DNA from: Dickeya dadantii NCPPB 898
Lineage (GTDB): Bacteria > Pseudomonadota > Gammaproteobacteria > Enterobacterales > Enterobacteriaceae
Length of the DNA stretch: 32,000 nt
Reading direction: 5' to 3'
Assembly (NCBI RefSeq): GCF_000406145.1
Contig: NZ_CM001976.1
Coordinates: 687,260-719,259 of the forward strand
Of the stretch, positions 19,731 through 28,076 are shown one piece after another. Positions within the stretch are counted from its first letter, which is position 1, and each line of letters begins with the position of its first letter. The notes beneath the pieces are model-generated. The model had not been told where the DNA came from and searched no databases. It saw nothing but the letters and a program-made list of their open reading frames with translations. The translations under genes were made by a program, and so were the position numbers.

Positions 19731-20792
19731 CTAAGGCGTAAACCAGCTGAATGTCGGCGTGCCATGACGCTGTTCGGCATCGCCGGGTATCGGCTGGCTG
19801 GCCATATTGACGGCGATGGGCACCATGCCGTGCATGCCGTTCATGATCGCGGTATACAGGGCTCTCGGTTGGCCGCTAAAGGCTTGCTGCAATTGCAACA
19901 GCATCAGCGTGTATTGCCGGTTGAATTGCTCATTGAGCGCCGCCAGCGGTGTGTCCGGCGCGTAATCGCCGGCAACCGGGTTGGTCTTGATCGGGTACAC
20001 GGCCTGATAGTCGACCGGAAAGGCCTCGCCGCTGGGCGGTTGGTGCGGCTTATCGCCGGGCTGGTAATAGCGGGCGAAATAGATCTCCCTGAACCGATAG
20101 AAATGCGCCAGTTCCATCGGCTGCCCGAAGGTCCGGTGGTCATCGTCGTAGATGCTGGTGGATGATCCTTCACCCTGTTCGATAATGGTATTAATCGCTT
20201 CCCGGGCGCTGGACAGATTGGTGATCACGATAGGTTTGCCGCCGCTGGACCAGTAATAATCCTGACTGATCTGCAAGGCGAGGTCGCCGCAAAAAACGGC
20301 GCTTTCGCCATACTTACCGCACAGTTCTTCCAGTTGATGCAGAATGTTGAGGTAAAAGTCGCCGATCGTCAGGCCGTCGATATCCAGTTCGTCGGCGGCC
20401 ATCAGCATCAACGGCTCCCGTTCCGCCCAGTCGGAAGGCAGTTCAATCATCATAAAAATTTCGATCGCCTGCGGGCTGAACGCCTGCAGGTTGACGTCAA
20501 ACTTCCGGTCTTTGAAGCGCTTTCCTCTGAACTCCATCGCCAGCGGATAGCTCGGCAGCGAGTCCGGCCCGAGGTCGACCCGGCCGCCCAGGCTGTTGAT
20601 CAGGTTACCGACCAGCGTCATGTGCAGCATCTCTTCAATCATCACCGCCCTGATGAGGTTGGCGGGCACCCGGTTTTTATCCGGATGCAGGCTGACGAGT
20701 GCCATCATGTAAGGCGGAATGGTGCCAAACTCCAGCGTCATGGCGGTTTTCAGCCAGTCGAGCAATTCGGTTTTTTGGGTTTCAAGGCTCAT
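19731..20792 (-). CDS. Ferritin-like (four-helix-bundle, possibly di-metal) domain protein of unknown function
   Basis: The N-terminal LEFGTIPPYMMALVSL...MIEEMLHMTLVGNLINSLGG resembles the Pfam Ferritin-like family also seen in VioB-type proteins (LE..tIP.Y..A.yS.....EE..H). The ATG at 20792 lies 6 nt after AAGGAG and 10 nt after the GMC stop codon. The track start at 20813 overlaps the upstream gene. Confidence 0.65.
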   Translation of the reverse strand: MSLETQKTELLDWLKTAMTLEFGTIPPYMMALVSLHPDKNRVPANLIRAVMIEEMLHMTLVGNLINSLGGRVDLGPDSLPSYPLAMEFRGKRFKDRKFDVNLQAFSPQAIEIFMMIELPSDWAEREPLMLMAADELDIDGLTIGDFYLNILHQLEELCGKYGESAVFCGDLALQISQDYYWSSGGKPIVITNLSSAREAINTIIEQGEGSSTSIYDDDHRTFGQPMELAHFYRFREIYFARYYQPGDKPHQPPSGEAFPVDYQAVYPIKTNPVAGDYAPDTPLAALNEQFNRQYTLMLLQLQQAFSGQPRALYTAIMNGMHGMVPIAVNMASQPIPGDAEQRHGTPTFSWFTP

Positions 20793-20802
20793 GTTCGGCT
20801 CC

Positions 20803-22398
20803 TTACAGGCCACGATGGTGGAGGTGATCCGCCAGACGCAGAGACAGGGCCGCCAACGTCAGGGTTGGGTTGATGGCGCCGGTGGAAGGGAACACCGCAT
20901 TCGAGCAGATGTAGACATTGTCGGTACCGTGAATGCACAGATGCGGATCGACCACCCCTTGTCTGGCATCGTGGCTCATCCGGGTCACGCAGGCGGCGTG
21001 GTCGGCGCGCCAGGAAACGCTGGGTTTGCCTGACAGCGTGGCGCCAATTTGCCCGAACAGTTGGCTGACATGGGACTGAATTTCCATCATCCGTTGGTCG
21101 AAAGTGGTGTCTTTGGTGTAGTCGACAAGGGTTTCTTCCATTCCCAGATGATTGATCTTGTTAAAGTTAAGGATGCGGTTGTCATAGCGTGAAAACACTT
21201 CGAGCATGCCGTGCAACTGGATTTGCGTCGGACCGGAGACATAGGCATCCATCTTTTCGCGCGTCAGGCCGTTTTGCATCTGCTGCGCCAGATTGAGCAG
21301 CGGGCTGCCGGGCGGGTTAATCAGTATGAATTTCCCTTTGGCCTGTTGTTCCGGGCTGTCGAAATGGCGGGAGCACAGGGTGGGAAAATTCATCTCCGGT
21401 TGCAGCGCCTGCGGGTTATCCGGCAGGTTGGCGGTGAAGATGAAATAAGGGTGAGTAATAAAATTTCTGCCGACCAGGTCATGCTGGTTGCCAAGCCCAC
21501 CGGGCCAGTTTGTCGACGCTGAACGCAGCAGCAGTTTGGCGGATTCGATAGTGCCTGCCGCCACGATGATGCGTTTGGCATGGATAACTTCCGTTTGTCC
21601 ACTCTCTTTATCCACGCATTCCACGCCGGTTGCCGACTGCTTGTCGTCCATCAGGATTTTCCCCACGACGACGTTGGTGCGGATATGGAAGTTTTCGTGG
21701 TTTTCCCATTCCTGCATATCGTTGAGGAAGTTGGTGGCGGCGTAACGGGCGCCGAACGGGCAGTACTTGCAGGTTCCGGTCGTCTGGCACGGCGCGTGGC
21801 GCGACACGGTATCCGTTATGCCGTGTCGCGCGATTGGGACATGACTATAACCGATGCCGAGCGACTCCATCGCCGTCGCCATCGGTTGGTCTTCCAGCGA
21901 ATAGGGGAAAGCAGGGAACGGGTAGCCCGCGCTGCGCGGTACGGTGGGGTCGTGGGAATCGCCGGAGACGCCGATGTAATGCTCCGCGGCGCAGTAATAG
22001 GGTTCCAGTTCGTGGTAATCGAATGGCCAGTCGATCGACTCGCCGGTATTGCTGTGCAGGTAAAAATCTTCCGGTTTAAGACGGAAGGACCAGCCGCCCC
22101 AGTGGATGGTCGAACCGCCGTAGGTGAGCGCACGCGCACCGGCCAGTGGGATTTCCGTACCGCCCGCGTTCAGGTTTTCTCCCGGATGATCCCGGTCCGG
22201 GTAGGGGAGATCGTAATACCGTTCATAAGGCAGCTTGCCGTTGACCAGATAGGTCGTCCAGGTGTTGTAATCCTGCATTTTCACCCTGCCGCCGGCTTCC
22301 AGCAGCAGGATGGAAGCGTTGGGATCGTAATCCAGCAGACGCTGCGACAGGGCGGCGGCGGCGATGCCAGAACCAATAATTAACGTATCGACACGCAT
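20803..22398 (-). CDS. GMC-family FAD-dependent oxidoreductase
   Basis: N-terminal Rossmann motif DTLIIGSGIAAAAL...LLLEAGG and a C-terminal GMC block (H...C.TRM......GVVD..L.IHGTDNVYICSNAVFPSTGAINPTLTLAALSLRLADHL). The ATG at 22398 is preceded by GAGGG and follows the upstream stop (22409-22411) by 10 nt. No signal peptide is visible. Confidence 0.88.
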   Translation of the reverse strand: MRVDTLIIGSGIAAAALSQRLLDYDPNASILLLEAGGRVKMQDYNTWTTYLVNGKLPYERYYDLPYPDRDHPGENLNAGGTEIPLAGARALTYGGSTIHWGGWSFRLKPEDFYLHSNTGESIDWPFDYHELEPYYCAAEHYIGVSGDSHDPTVPRSAGYPFPAFPYSLEDQPMATAMESLGIGYSHVPIARHGITDTVSRHAPCQTTGTCKYCPFGARYAATNFLNDMQEWENHENFHIRTNVVVGKILMDDKQSATGVECVDKESGQTEVIHAKRIIVAAGTIESAKLLLRSASTNWPGGLGNQHDLVGRNFITHPYFIFTANLPDNPQALQPEMNFPTLCSRHFDSPEQQAKGKFILINPPGSPLLNLAQQMQNGLTREKMDAYVSGPTQIQLHGMLEVFSRYDNRILNFNKINHLGMEETLVDYTKDTTFDQRMMEIQSHVSQLFGQIGATLSGKPSVSWRADHAACVTRMSHDARQGVVDPHLCIHGTDNVYICSNAVFPSTGAINPTLTLAALSLRLADHLHHRGL

Positions 22399-22408
22399 GA
22401 TGAAGCCC

Positions 22409-22873
22409 TCAGAATGAACGATAGGGTACTGGAGCGCCGGGAACGTTGGCGCCGCCAAAGTACCCCGGATAGTTCAGCGCGCCGCCGAAGGATTTGAAGC
22501 CGCCCAGCGATAACTGTAGGGCGATGAATTCATTGGAAACTTTCTGCCGGGTAATGGTCATCGGCGTCAGGGCCGGGGGCTGGTTGGCGCTGGCGTCGGT
22601 AAACAGAACGGTATAGGCGTCTTCCGGGCCATGCTCCTGTATCAACTGCGCGATCACCGTTTGAGCGGTGGCGTAATATTGTTGGTACAGCGGGTCGGTA
22701 TTAATGCGGTTCGCCATAAAGGAATACAGCAGCGGCTGATAGCTGGGCGAGTCGTCCAGATTGCGCCAGAATTTGCCGATGTGCACAAACAGCTGCCACA
22801 TGGCGTCCAGCGTAGTTGTACCCAGCGGCGCCAGTTGGGCGCTAAGGTAATGCTGTGTGTTGATGTCAGACAT
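22409..22873 (-). CDS. 154-aa protein of unknown function; first gene of the GMC operon, possibly a small subunit
   Basis: The ORF has host-like codon usage and is translationally coupled to the GMC gene. I recognise no motif, twin-arginine signal or TM segment. The small-subunit idea rests only on analogy with multi-subunit GMC dehydrogenases. Confidence 0.55.
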   Translation of the reverse strand: MSDINTQHYLSAQLAPLGTTTLDAMWQLFVHIGKFWRNLDDSPSYQPLLYSFMANRINTDPLYQQYYATAQTVIAQLIQEHGPEDAYTVLFTDASANQPPALTPMTITRQKVSNEFIALQLSLGGFKSFGGALNYPGYFGGANVPGAPVPYRSF

Positions 22874-22896
22874 AGGTCCTCACAGAAATGCGCAGG

Positions 22897-22943
22897 AGAA
22901 AGAAAACGGCAAGGTTCTAAGCATTGCGGGTGAAAACCTTGCC
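22897..22943 (-). terminator. Hairpin plus U-tract between the phosphoesterase gene and the three-gene operon (terminator or attenuator)
   Basis: On the minus strand, GGCAAGGTT-(18-nt loop)-AACCTTGCC is followed by GTTTTCTTTCT. It ends about 25 nt before the ATG of the 154-aa gene. Confidence 0.45.
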
Positions 22944-23023
22944 AAAACACAGCGGGGACGCGGGCCGAGCGGTCGCTCCCCACTGATACTGTCGTCCTGA
23001 TCCCGGTCTTGGCCGGGAAACGG

Positions 23024-24451
23024 TTAACGGGAATTCAGCCAGTCTTGTGTGCGCTGGCTGATGTAGTCGGCGTACTCGGCCGCAGTGGTCATGTCGGGCA
23101 TTTGATGGTGCATTCCGCCTTGCGCATCCGATACCGGCAGCTCGCTGACCAGCTCGGCATGGACCTGTTGCAGGTGGGATGGCATGCCCTGCGCCGGATT
23201 TTTTCCGGTCGAGGAGGGAACGGTCACCCCAGTCAGCGGATCGTCGGTGCGCGGCGTGGCGAGCGTCAGTACGTCCCCCACGCCGGGGGCGGCGGCATCG
23301 CGGTTTGTCAGAGGCGACAGCGCCCAGCGTTGTTGCACGGTTTTGAGGATCGAGGTGTGGTCCAGCGGTGTCGCCTGATCCGCAACCCGGAATACGGTGC
23401 CCGCTTCAATCCAGGGTGAAACCAGCACGGTGGGCACGCGCGGCCCGAAACGGGTAAAGTCGAAACCGTACTCGCCGGTACTGGCATCCGGCGGCGTGGC
23501 GTTCCACGGCGGAGGCAGATGATCGTAACAGCCGCCGTGCTCATCGTAGGTAATGATCAGCAACGTCTTGTTCCAGAGCGGGCTGGTGCGCAGGGCATAG
23601 TAAACATCGTGAATCAGCTGTTCTCCCAATGCGACGTCGGCGACCGGGTGCTGGCTATTGCCGTCCTCACCCCAACTGGGTTCCAGAAAGACATACGACG
23701 CCAGCGTGCCGTTGCGGGCCGCCTGCTGAAAATCGCTGAACAAACCGAAGTGACTATCATCAGCCTGTTGGGTATCGGGAAAATTGTGGCGGGTCAGCGG
23801 CGGCTGGTCATAACCGTAGATGGACCAGGTGACTGCGGACTGGCTGAGCCGACCAAAAATGGACGGACAAGTGTAGCTCTTGGTCTTGTCATTCATGTGT
23901 CCTTGCGAGGTGGCAGCCGAAACGAACGCCCGGTTGGGCAGCGTCTCGGTGGGGGCGGAGCCGTACCAATGATCACAGACGGCGTAACCTGTTGCCAGCG
24001 CGGATAACACCGGAAGCGTCTGTGGCGTAAAGCACCCCATGATATTGCCGGCCTGGGTGCCCGGCAGGATTTTCCAGCCGCTTTCCTGCGACTGCCAGCC
24101 CAATGTGTAGGCGTAGTCAGTGACAAATCCCTGATTGCTGTTGGCGGGTGGGGCGCCTGGCGCATGAATATCGCCAAACAGTTGCGAATTCGTCGCGTAA
24201 TACCCTTCTCCGGGGTCGGAACCCGGCATGAAATACGCATTGGGCGTATCCGGCGTAATTTTAAATACCTGAACCGGATTGCCGTTACTGTCTGGATTGG
24301 TTTCATTGCCGGTTAAACCGGCAAAGGGATGCCCGAGCGGAGAAAGGTTATTCCGGTCAGCGTAAAGAAATCCCAGCATATGATCAAAAGAGCGGTTTTC
24401 CAGCATTAATACGACAATATGCTCAATATTCGATAACCCAGAATTAGCCAT
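23024..24451 (-). CDS. Phosphoesterase-family protein (phospholipase C / acid phosphatase AcpA-like) without a recognisable export signal
   Basis: [19 protein letters not shown] is the hallmark N-terminal motif of the PLC/AcpA phosphoesterase family. The protein is 475 aa with SD GAGAGG. The N-terminus MANSGLSN has no hydrophobic core or RR motif. Confidence 0.8.
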   Translation of the reverse strand: MANSGLSNIEHIVVLMLENRSFDHMLGFLYADRNNLSPLGHPFAGLTGNETNPDSNGNPVQVFKITPDTPNAYFMPGSDPGEGYYATNSQLFGDIHAPGAPPANSNQGFVTDYAYTLGWQSQESGWKILPGTQAGNIMGCFTPQTLPVLSALATGYAVCDHWYGSAPTETLPNRAFVSAATSQGHMNDKTKSYTCPSIFGRLSQSAVTWSIYGYDQPPLTRHNFPDTQQADDSHFGLFSDFQQAARNGTLASYVFLEPSWGEDGNSQHPVADVALGEQLIHDVYYALRTSPLWNKTLLIITYDEHGGCYDHLPPPWNATPPDASTGEYGFDFTRFGPRVPTVLVSPWIEAGTVFRVADQATPLDHTSILKTVQQRWALSPLTNRDAAAPGVGDVLTLATPRTDDPLTGVTVPSSTGKNPAQGMPSHLQQVHAELVSELPVSDAQGGMHHQMPDMTTAAEYADYISQRTQDWLNSR

Positions 24452-24490
24452 AGCAACCTCTCAGCGGCTTTTGATGTAAAGTCTTTTTAT

Positions 24491-24504
24491 ATCAATATAT
24501 TGAT
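24491..24504. promoter_or_regulatory. Perfect 14-bp palindrome ATCAATATATTGAT about 40 bp upstream of the phosphoesterase ATG (candidate operator)
   Basis: Self-complementarity was checked by hand. It lies in the AT-rich divergent spacer between the phosphoesterase and AraC genes. Confidence 0.3.
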
Positions 24505-24843
24505 GTTTTTTGCTTGGATTCCTGGCCTGGTGGGGTGTACGTGATGGAACCAATTAATACAAGGGCGGGAATAAAGAATTTTATTCGCGTTATGTATCGA
24601 TAATTTAGTCCGGCGGCCTGAACTGTCAAATTAAAAATAAATGACATGCCGAAGTGTCTATTTTTAATATAAATATTTTTTTGTCAGGAATAGATATGGC
24701 GTAAATAATTAATCCGCTTACTTTACCTGGGGAAATTAACGCGGAATAATTATTACCGGAGAATGTCGTTGGTGGAAAAACGGGCATCGCTTCTTGTTGC
24801 GATAGCCGCCATGTTATCGTCAGTGTGTTGTTTTTCACCGGGG

Positions 24844-25605
24844 ATGATGATGATCACGTACCGTAATGATGCGTTTGAGCTGGCGTTGTTAACCAACGGC
24901 AAGCGTTTCCCCCGTCACAGTCATGACGAGTTCGTCATCAGCGCCAATCTGGGCGGGCTAGAGCAGGTCTGGCTGGACGGCGACACCTTTGTTGCCGATA
25001 CCTCAATGGTCACGACCTATAATCCCGGCCAGTTGCAGGGCAGCGAACACAGCCACGACCGCTGGCAATGCGCCTCGCTGTACGTGCAGCCTCAGGCGTT
25101 CGACGACTATTTCCAGCAATCGTTGCGGTTTTCACGCCCGGCCTGCGTGTCTCCCCGGCTGGCCCGCCAATTGACCCAACTGGTGACGGCGGTGATGACC
25201 CCCGCGCAGCGTGAAGAGCAGATCGTGATGTGGTTGTCTGAACTGATGACGCAGACCTGCGGCGCTTCTGTTCCCCATCCCATACGCGAGCCGGCCCGTA
25301 TCCGCCGTATCAAAGCGCAACTGGCGAGCGATCTGGCCGAGATTCCAACGCTGTCTGAACTGGCGCGACAGGAAGGCATTTCCGCCGCGCATCTGGTGCG
25401 CGGTTTTACGCATTCGGAAGGTATCTCGCCGCTGGCGTGGCTGATGCAGGTGCGTATGCGCCGAGCGCGTATCTGGCTGCGTCAGGGGATGCCTATCAGC
25501 CAGGTGGCGCTGGAGTTGGGGTTTGCCGATCAGGCGCACTTCACCAAGACGTTCGGCCGTTATAACGCCATGACGCCGGGGCAATTTCGCGATATCAAAT
25601 TTTGA
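24844..25605 (+). CDS. AraC/XylS-family transcriptional regulator with an N-terminal cupin-like sensor domain
   Basis: The C-terminal double HTH (LSELARQEGISAAHLVRGF......SPLAWLMQVRMRRARIWLRQG.PISQVALELGFADQAHFTKTFGRYNAMTPGQFR) is typical. The start is uncertain: ATGs at 24844/24847/24850 are preferred, and the track start at 24763 adds a hydrophobic leader atypical for the family. Confidence 0.85.
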   Translation: MMMITYRNDAFELALLTNGKRFPRHSHDEFVISANLGGLEQVWLDGDTFVADTSMVTTYNPGQLQGSEHSHDRWQCASLYVQPQAFDDYFQQSLRFSRPACVSPRLARQLTQLVTAVMTPAQREEQIVMWLSELMTQTCGASVPHPIREPARIRRIKAQLASDLAEIPTLSELARQEGISAAHLVRGFTHSEGISPLAWLMQVRMRRARIWLRQGMPISQVALELGFADQAHFTKTFGRYNAMTPGQFRDIKF

Positions 25606-25693
25606 CAATACAGACGGCGAATATCACCGTAAGCTCGTCGCACATTAATTACCGGAAACACGTTACCGGAAAAAAGAATAACTGAGGGAAGCT

Positions 25694-26365
25694 ATGCTAC
25701 TGGTGATGTTGAGCGGCGTGCTGCTGTCGTTGTCGCTGTGTCTGGATTTGGGGATCGTCAATACCGCCATTATTAATCGCGGTATTCGGGACGGCGTCGG
25801 GGCGGCGTTTTTTATCGGCCTGGGGTCCTGCTTCGGCGATCTGATTTACGCCACGCTGTCGGTACTGGGGATGGCGGTGATTTTCAACTATACGCCGGTA
25901 CGCTGGCTGCTGTGGATTGGCGGCGGCGGCGTGCTGCTGTGGCTGTCGTTCAACATGGCACGTAGCGCCTGGCGCGACTACCGCCAGCATCGCGGTTTGC
26001 CGATCGACACCGTTACCGTATTTTCACCACGCGCGTCGTCACCGGCTCACCGCGATTTTATCAGCGGAATGGGCATGGCGCTGGCATCGCCCAGCGCGTT
26101 GCTGTGGTTTGCGGCGGTCGGCGGGACGTTGATTGCCCAGGCGACCGACGGCTCCGCCAGACAGGTAGCGCTGTTTCTGGGCGGATTCTTTATCGGCGGC
26201 GTGATCTGGACACTATTCATGGCGCTGCTAATCCAGTTCGGGCGCGGCGCGTTGAAAGGCCGACTGTCGTTTTATTGCAGCGCGTTATCCGCCGTGCTGT
26301 TCGCCGTGTTCGCCGCACAGGTGATTGTGAACGGATACCAAACGCTGTGGACGCAGCCCGGCTGA
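25694..26365 (+). CDS. LysE/ArgO-type basic amino-acid exporter family protein
   Basis: The 223-aa polytopic membrane protein has LDLGIVNTAIINRGIRDG, resembling the ArgO/LysE N-terminal LGPQN....QGIR block. It lies directly downstream of the AraC gene. Confidence 0.8.
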   Translation: MLLVMLSGVLLSLSLCLDLGIVNTAIINRGIRDGVGAAFFIGLGSCFGDLIYATLSVLGMAVIFNYTPVRWLLWIGGGGVLLWLSFNMARSAWRDYRQHRGLPIDTVTVFSPRASSPAHRDFISGMGMALASPSALLWFAAVGGTLIAQATDGSARQVALFLGGFFIGGVIWTLFMALLIQFGRGALKGRLSFYCSALSAVLFAVFAAQVIVNGYQTLWTQPG

Positions 26366-26406
26366 ATCGACTGCTTAAAACGCGCGCAATCAGCCGGTGT
26401 TTTGTC

Positions 26407-26434
26407 TTGCCCGCCAGACAGATGACGCTATAAT
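26407..26434 (+). promoter_or_regulatory. Putative sigma-70 promoter of the tRNA-Gly gene
   Basis: TTGCCC (26407-26412), a 16-bp spacer, then a perfect TATAAT (26429-26434), which ends 16 nt before the mature tRNA 5' end. Confidence 0.55.
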
Positions 26435-26450
26435 GCCAGTCACTTTCGAC

Positions 26451-26524
26451 GCGGGCGTAGTTCAATGGTAGAACGAGAGCTTCCCAAGCTCTATACGAGG
26501 GTTCGATTCCCTTCGCCCGCTCCA
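26451..26524 (+). tRNA. glyU: tRNA-Gly, anticodon CCC
   Basis: The 74 nt fold by hand into a cloverleaf: acceptor GCGGGCG/CGCCCGC, D stem GTTC/GAAC, anticodon stem AGAGC/GCTCT with loop TTCCCAA, T arm GAGGG-TTCGATT-CCCTT, and an encoded CCA. It matches E. coli glyU as remembered. Confidence 0.95.
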
Positions 26525-26654
26525 AGTTCCCTTTTATCAACGTCTCCTCAAGTCCACCAGCCATCAGTCATTGATGGAAATCTAACCAGAACCGAAAAAA
26601 CTGCCTCTACCCCGTTTCGTGTATACGACAAGGCACACCTGACGTACTGTTGCT

Positions 26655-26873
26655 ACCTCCCGTAACAGCCTGACCCAGCGGGGCATTGTTGAGAGGCCTA
26701 CATCCATAGCTTTGGCCGCTTCGGCGATGGTTTAGTTTTGATCAACAACCAACTGAGCTGATTCGCGTTTGAACTCTGCACTGAAATTTCTTCTTTTCAT
26801 TGGGATACCTGTATTGTTCTGAGGTGAGCATATCACCTCTGTTCAGGTGGCCAAATTCAGTGTGGCCACTACA
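26655..26873 (-). mobile_element. Truncated left end of an IS3-family (IS911-like) insertion sequence: terminal IR plus a decayed orfA fragment
   Basis: The minus strand begins TGTAGTGGCCACACTGAATTTGGCCACC (TG... terminus typical of IS3 IRs) at 26873. From the ATG at 26800 it reads [47 protein letters not shown], close to IS911 OrfA/InsN ([49 protein letters not shown]) but with an in-frame TAA. Similarity is lost near 26655, and no orfB or right IR is present. Confidence 0.8.
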
Positions 26874-26918
26874 CGCTTTCTGCTCTGATGTGTAGTGAAT
26901 GCGTTTTCTTTTTTTCAT
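26874..26918 (-). pseudogene. 15-codon 5' stub of an ORF (MKKRKRIHYTSEQKA) cut off by the IS3-family end; possibly a transposase or HTH gene start
   Basis: A strong SD (AAGGAGGG) precedes the ATG at 26918, and the reading frame runs straight into the IS terminal TG at 26873. The basic N-terminus followed by YTxEQK resembles N-termini of IS transposases, but 15 residues are too few for a family call. Confidence 0.35.
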
Positions 26919-27036
26919 GGTAGCGCCCTCCTTGTTTAAGGATAGCGTTGCATCGATCAGTTGAACTCGCAGCGAAAAGCGGACGTTATGCCGTGAGTAG
27001 AGATGGTATGGAAGTGTCTAGATTAGTCATGATGAT

Positions 27037-28011
27037 TCAGTGTGGGCTGCTAAGCGGCTCCTCTTGCTTAAAATTCTCACTCGGCCATACGGTTTTTTTC
27101 TGCATTGCATTGTCGAGGCTATCGTACAATTTTTTGCCAAGCGACATTGCTTGATCCAACAACTGTTCTAAATCTTGCTCTGTAATCACCACTGGATTGC
27201 CGTCTTTATCCTTACCGCCACGATGCACTAAGTGGTTGCGCTTTAGCGTTGCGATTTCAATCGCGTCTATCGGCCAGTCTTTTTGTACGTTAATGTCATA
27301 CGTAGCCTTGTAACGCTTCACAACTTGGTTTGTGTTATGCCAGCTGGCACTAATCAAATGCTCCTTGATTGCTTTGATTAGTTCCTCCCTTATTTTTTCA
27401 ATGGGTTCACCTTTGAACGGCAAAGCTACAATTTCTTTGCTTACTTTGAACTCCGTCTTACCCTTTTCTATGAAGTCGGCAATATAGGACTCATCTTTAT
27501 CTATAGAATTAATGAATAACTCGACATAAAGCGTTTCCAAGGCTGTAATAACGTTGGTGTACAAGATACTAAGCAGACGATCTTCTTGCTCATTTGTATA
27601 TTCACCTTTTGCCAGTGATTTTATTCCGTCAATATTTTCAACGAACTTAAAAAAAGGTTTTTCGGAAGATGTTACTGCATCGTACAAGTCTTCATCATAC
27701 CAATCATCAATATTATTGGAATTGCCTGACCATTCGTAACACTGCTCTTGCAACTCGTTTACTAACTCTTGGATATAACCAAACTTTACGTACCCTTCAA
27801 ACATTGCTTGCAGCTCTTCACTTGCCTCGTATGGGCCGCCATATATGTAAGCATATCCACCTTCACGGGTTTCATAAGGGCAGGAATTTGCGGGGTCTTC
27901 GAAGTTCTCAAAAAACCAATTGCGCATTACTTCGAGCTGGTTTGCTTTACTTATGTATTGCAAAGATTTGAGCGGGACTTTCTTCCCATTGACATTAAAA
28001 ACTACTTTCAC
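27037..28011 (-). CDS. Orphan AT-rich ORF (324 aa from GTG 28011; 355 aa if TTG 28104) with a C-terminal HEPN-like RNxxxH motif; candidate RNase or abortive-infection effector
   Basis: This is the only long ORF in a visibly AT-rich segment. GTG 28011 is preceded by AAGGAGA. The TTG at 28104 coincides with the -35 hexamer of a plausible promoter, so the longer form is unlikely. The C-terminal LKRNHLVHRGG fits the HEPN R-x4-6-H (RN...H) signature within predicted helical sequence. The N-terminal roughly 200 aa (..MRNWFFENFEDPANSCPYETREGGYAYIYGGPY..) match no family I recognise. Confidence 0.6.
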   Translation of the reverse strand: MKVVFNVNGKKVPLKSLQYISKANQLEVMRNWFFENFEDPANSCPYETREGGYAYIYGGPYEASEELQAMFEGYVKFGYIQELVNELQEQCYEWSGNSNNIDDWYDEDLYDAVTSSEKPFFKFVENIDGIKSLAKGEYTNEQEDRLLSILYTNVITALETLYVELFINSIDKDESYIADFIEKGKTEFKVSKEIVALPFKGEPIEKIREELIKAIKEHLISASWHNTNQVVKRYKATYDINVQKDWPIDAIEIATLKRNHLVHRGGKDKDGNPVVITEQDLEQLLDQAMSLGKKLYDSLDNAMQKKTVWPSENFKQEEPLSSPH

Positions 28012-28076
28012 GATGCAACGTCTCCTTGAAGAACTTGGGACACCTTGACCTACTCCCCATAGATTAACATAGCACG

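Noticed and set aside
22930-22960. TGGCA sequence in the 22874-23023 spacer (minus strand TTGGCAAGGTTTTCAC) as a possible sigma-54 promoter.
   Set aside because: The required GC (TTGC) element 10 nt downstream of the GG is absent. The sequence is instead the 5' arm of the hairpin.
24626-24838. 70-aa ORF (-) in the phosphoesterase/AraC spacer.
   Set aside because: It lies in an AT-rich promoter region, gives a low-complexity product, has no SD, and overlaps the likely AraC 5' region.
26217-26665. ORFs 26217-26564 (-) and 26465-26665 (+) overlapping the tRNA-Gly gene.
   Set aside because: They run through a well-folded tRNA and its flanks and have no coding signals.
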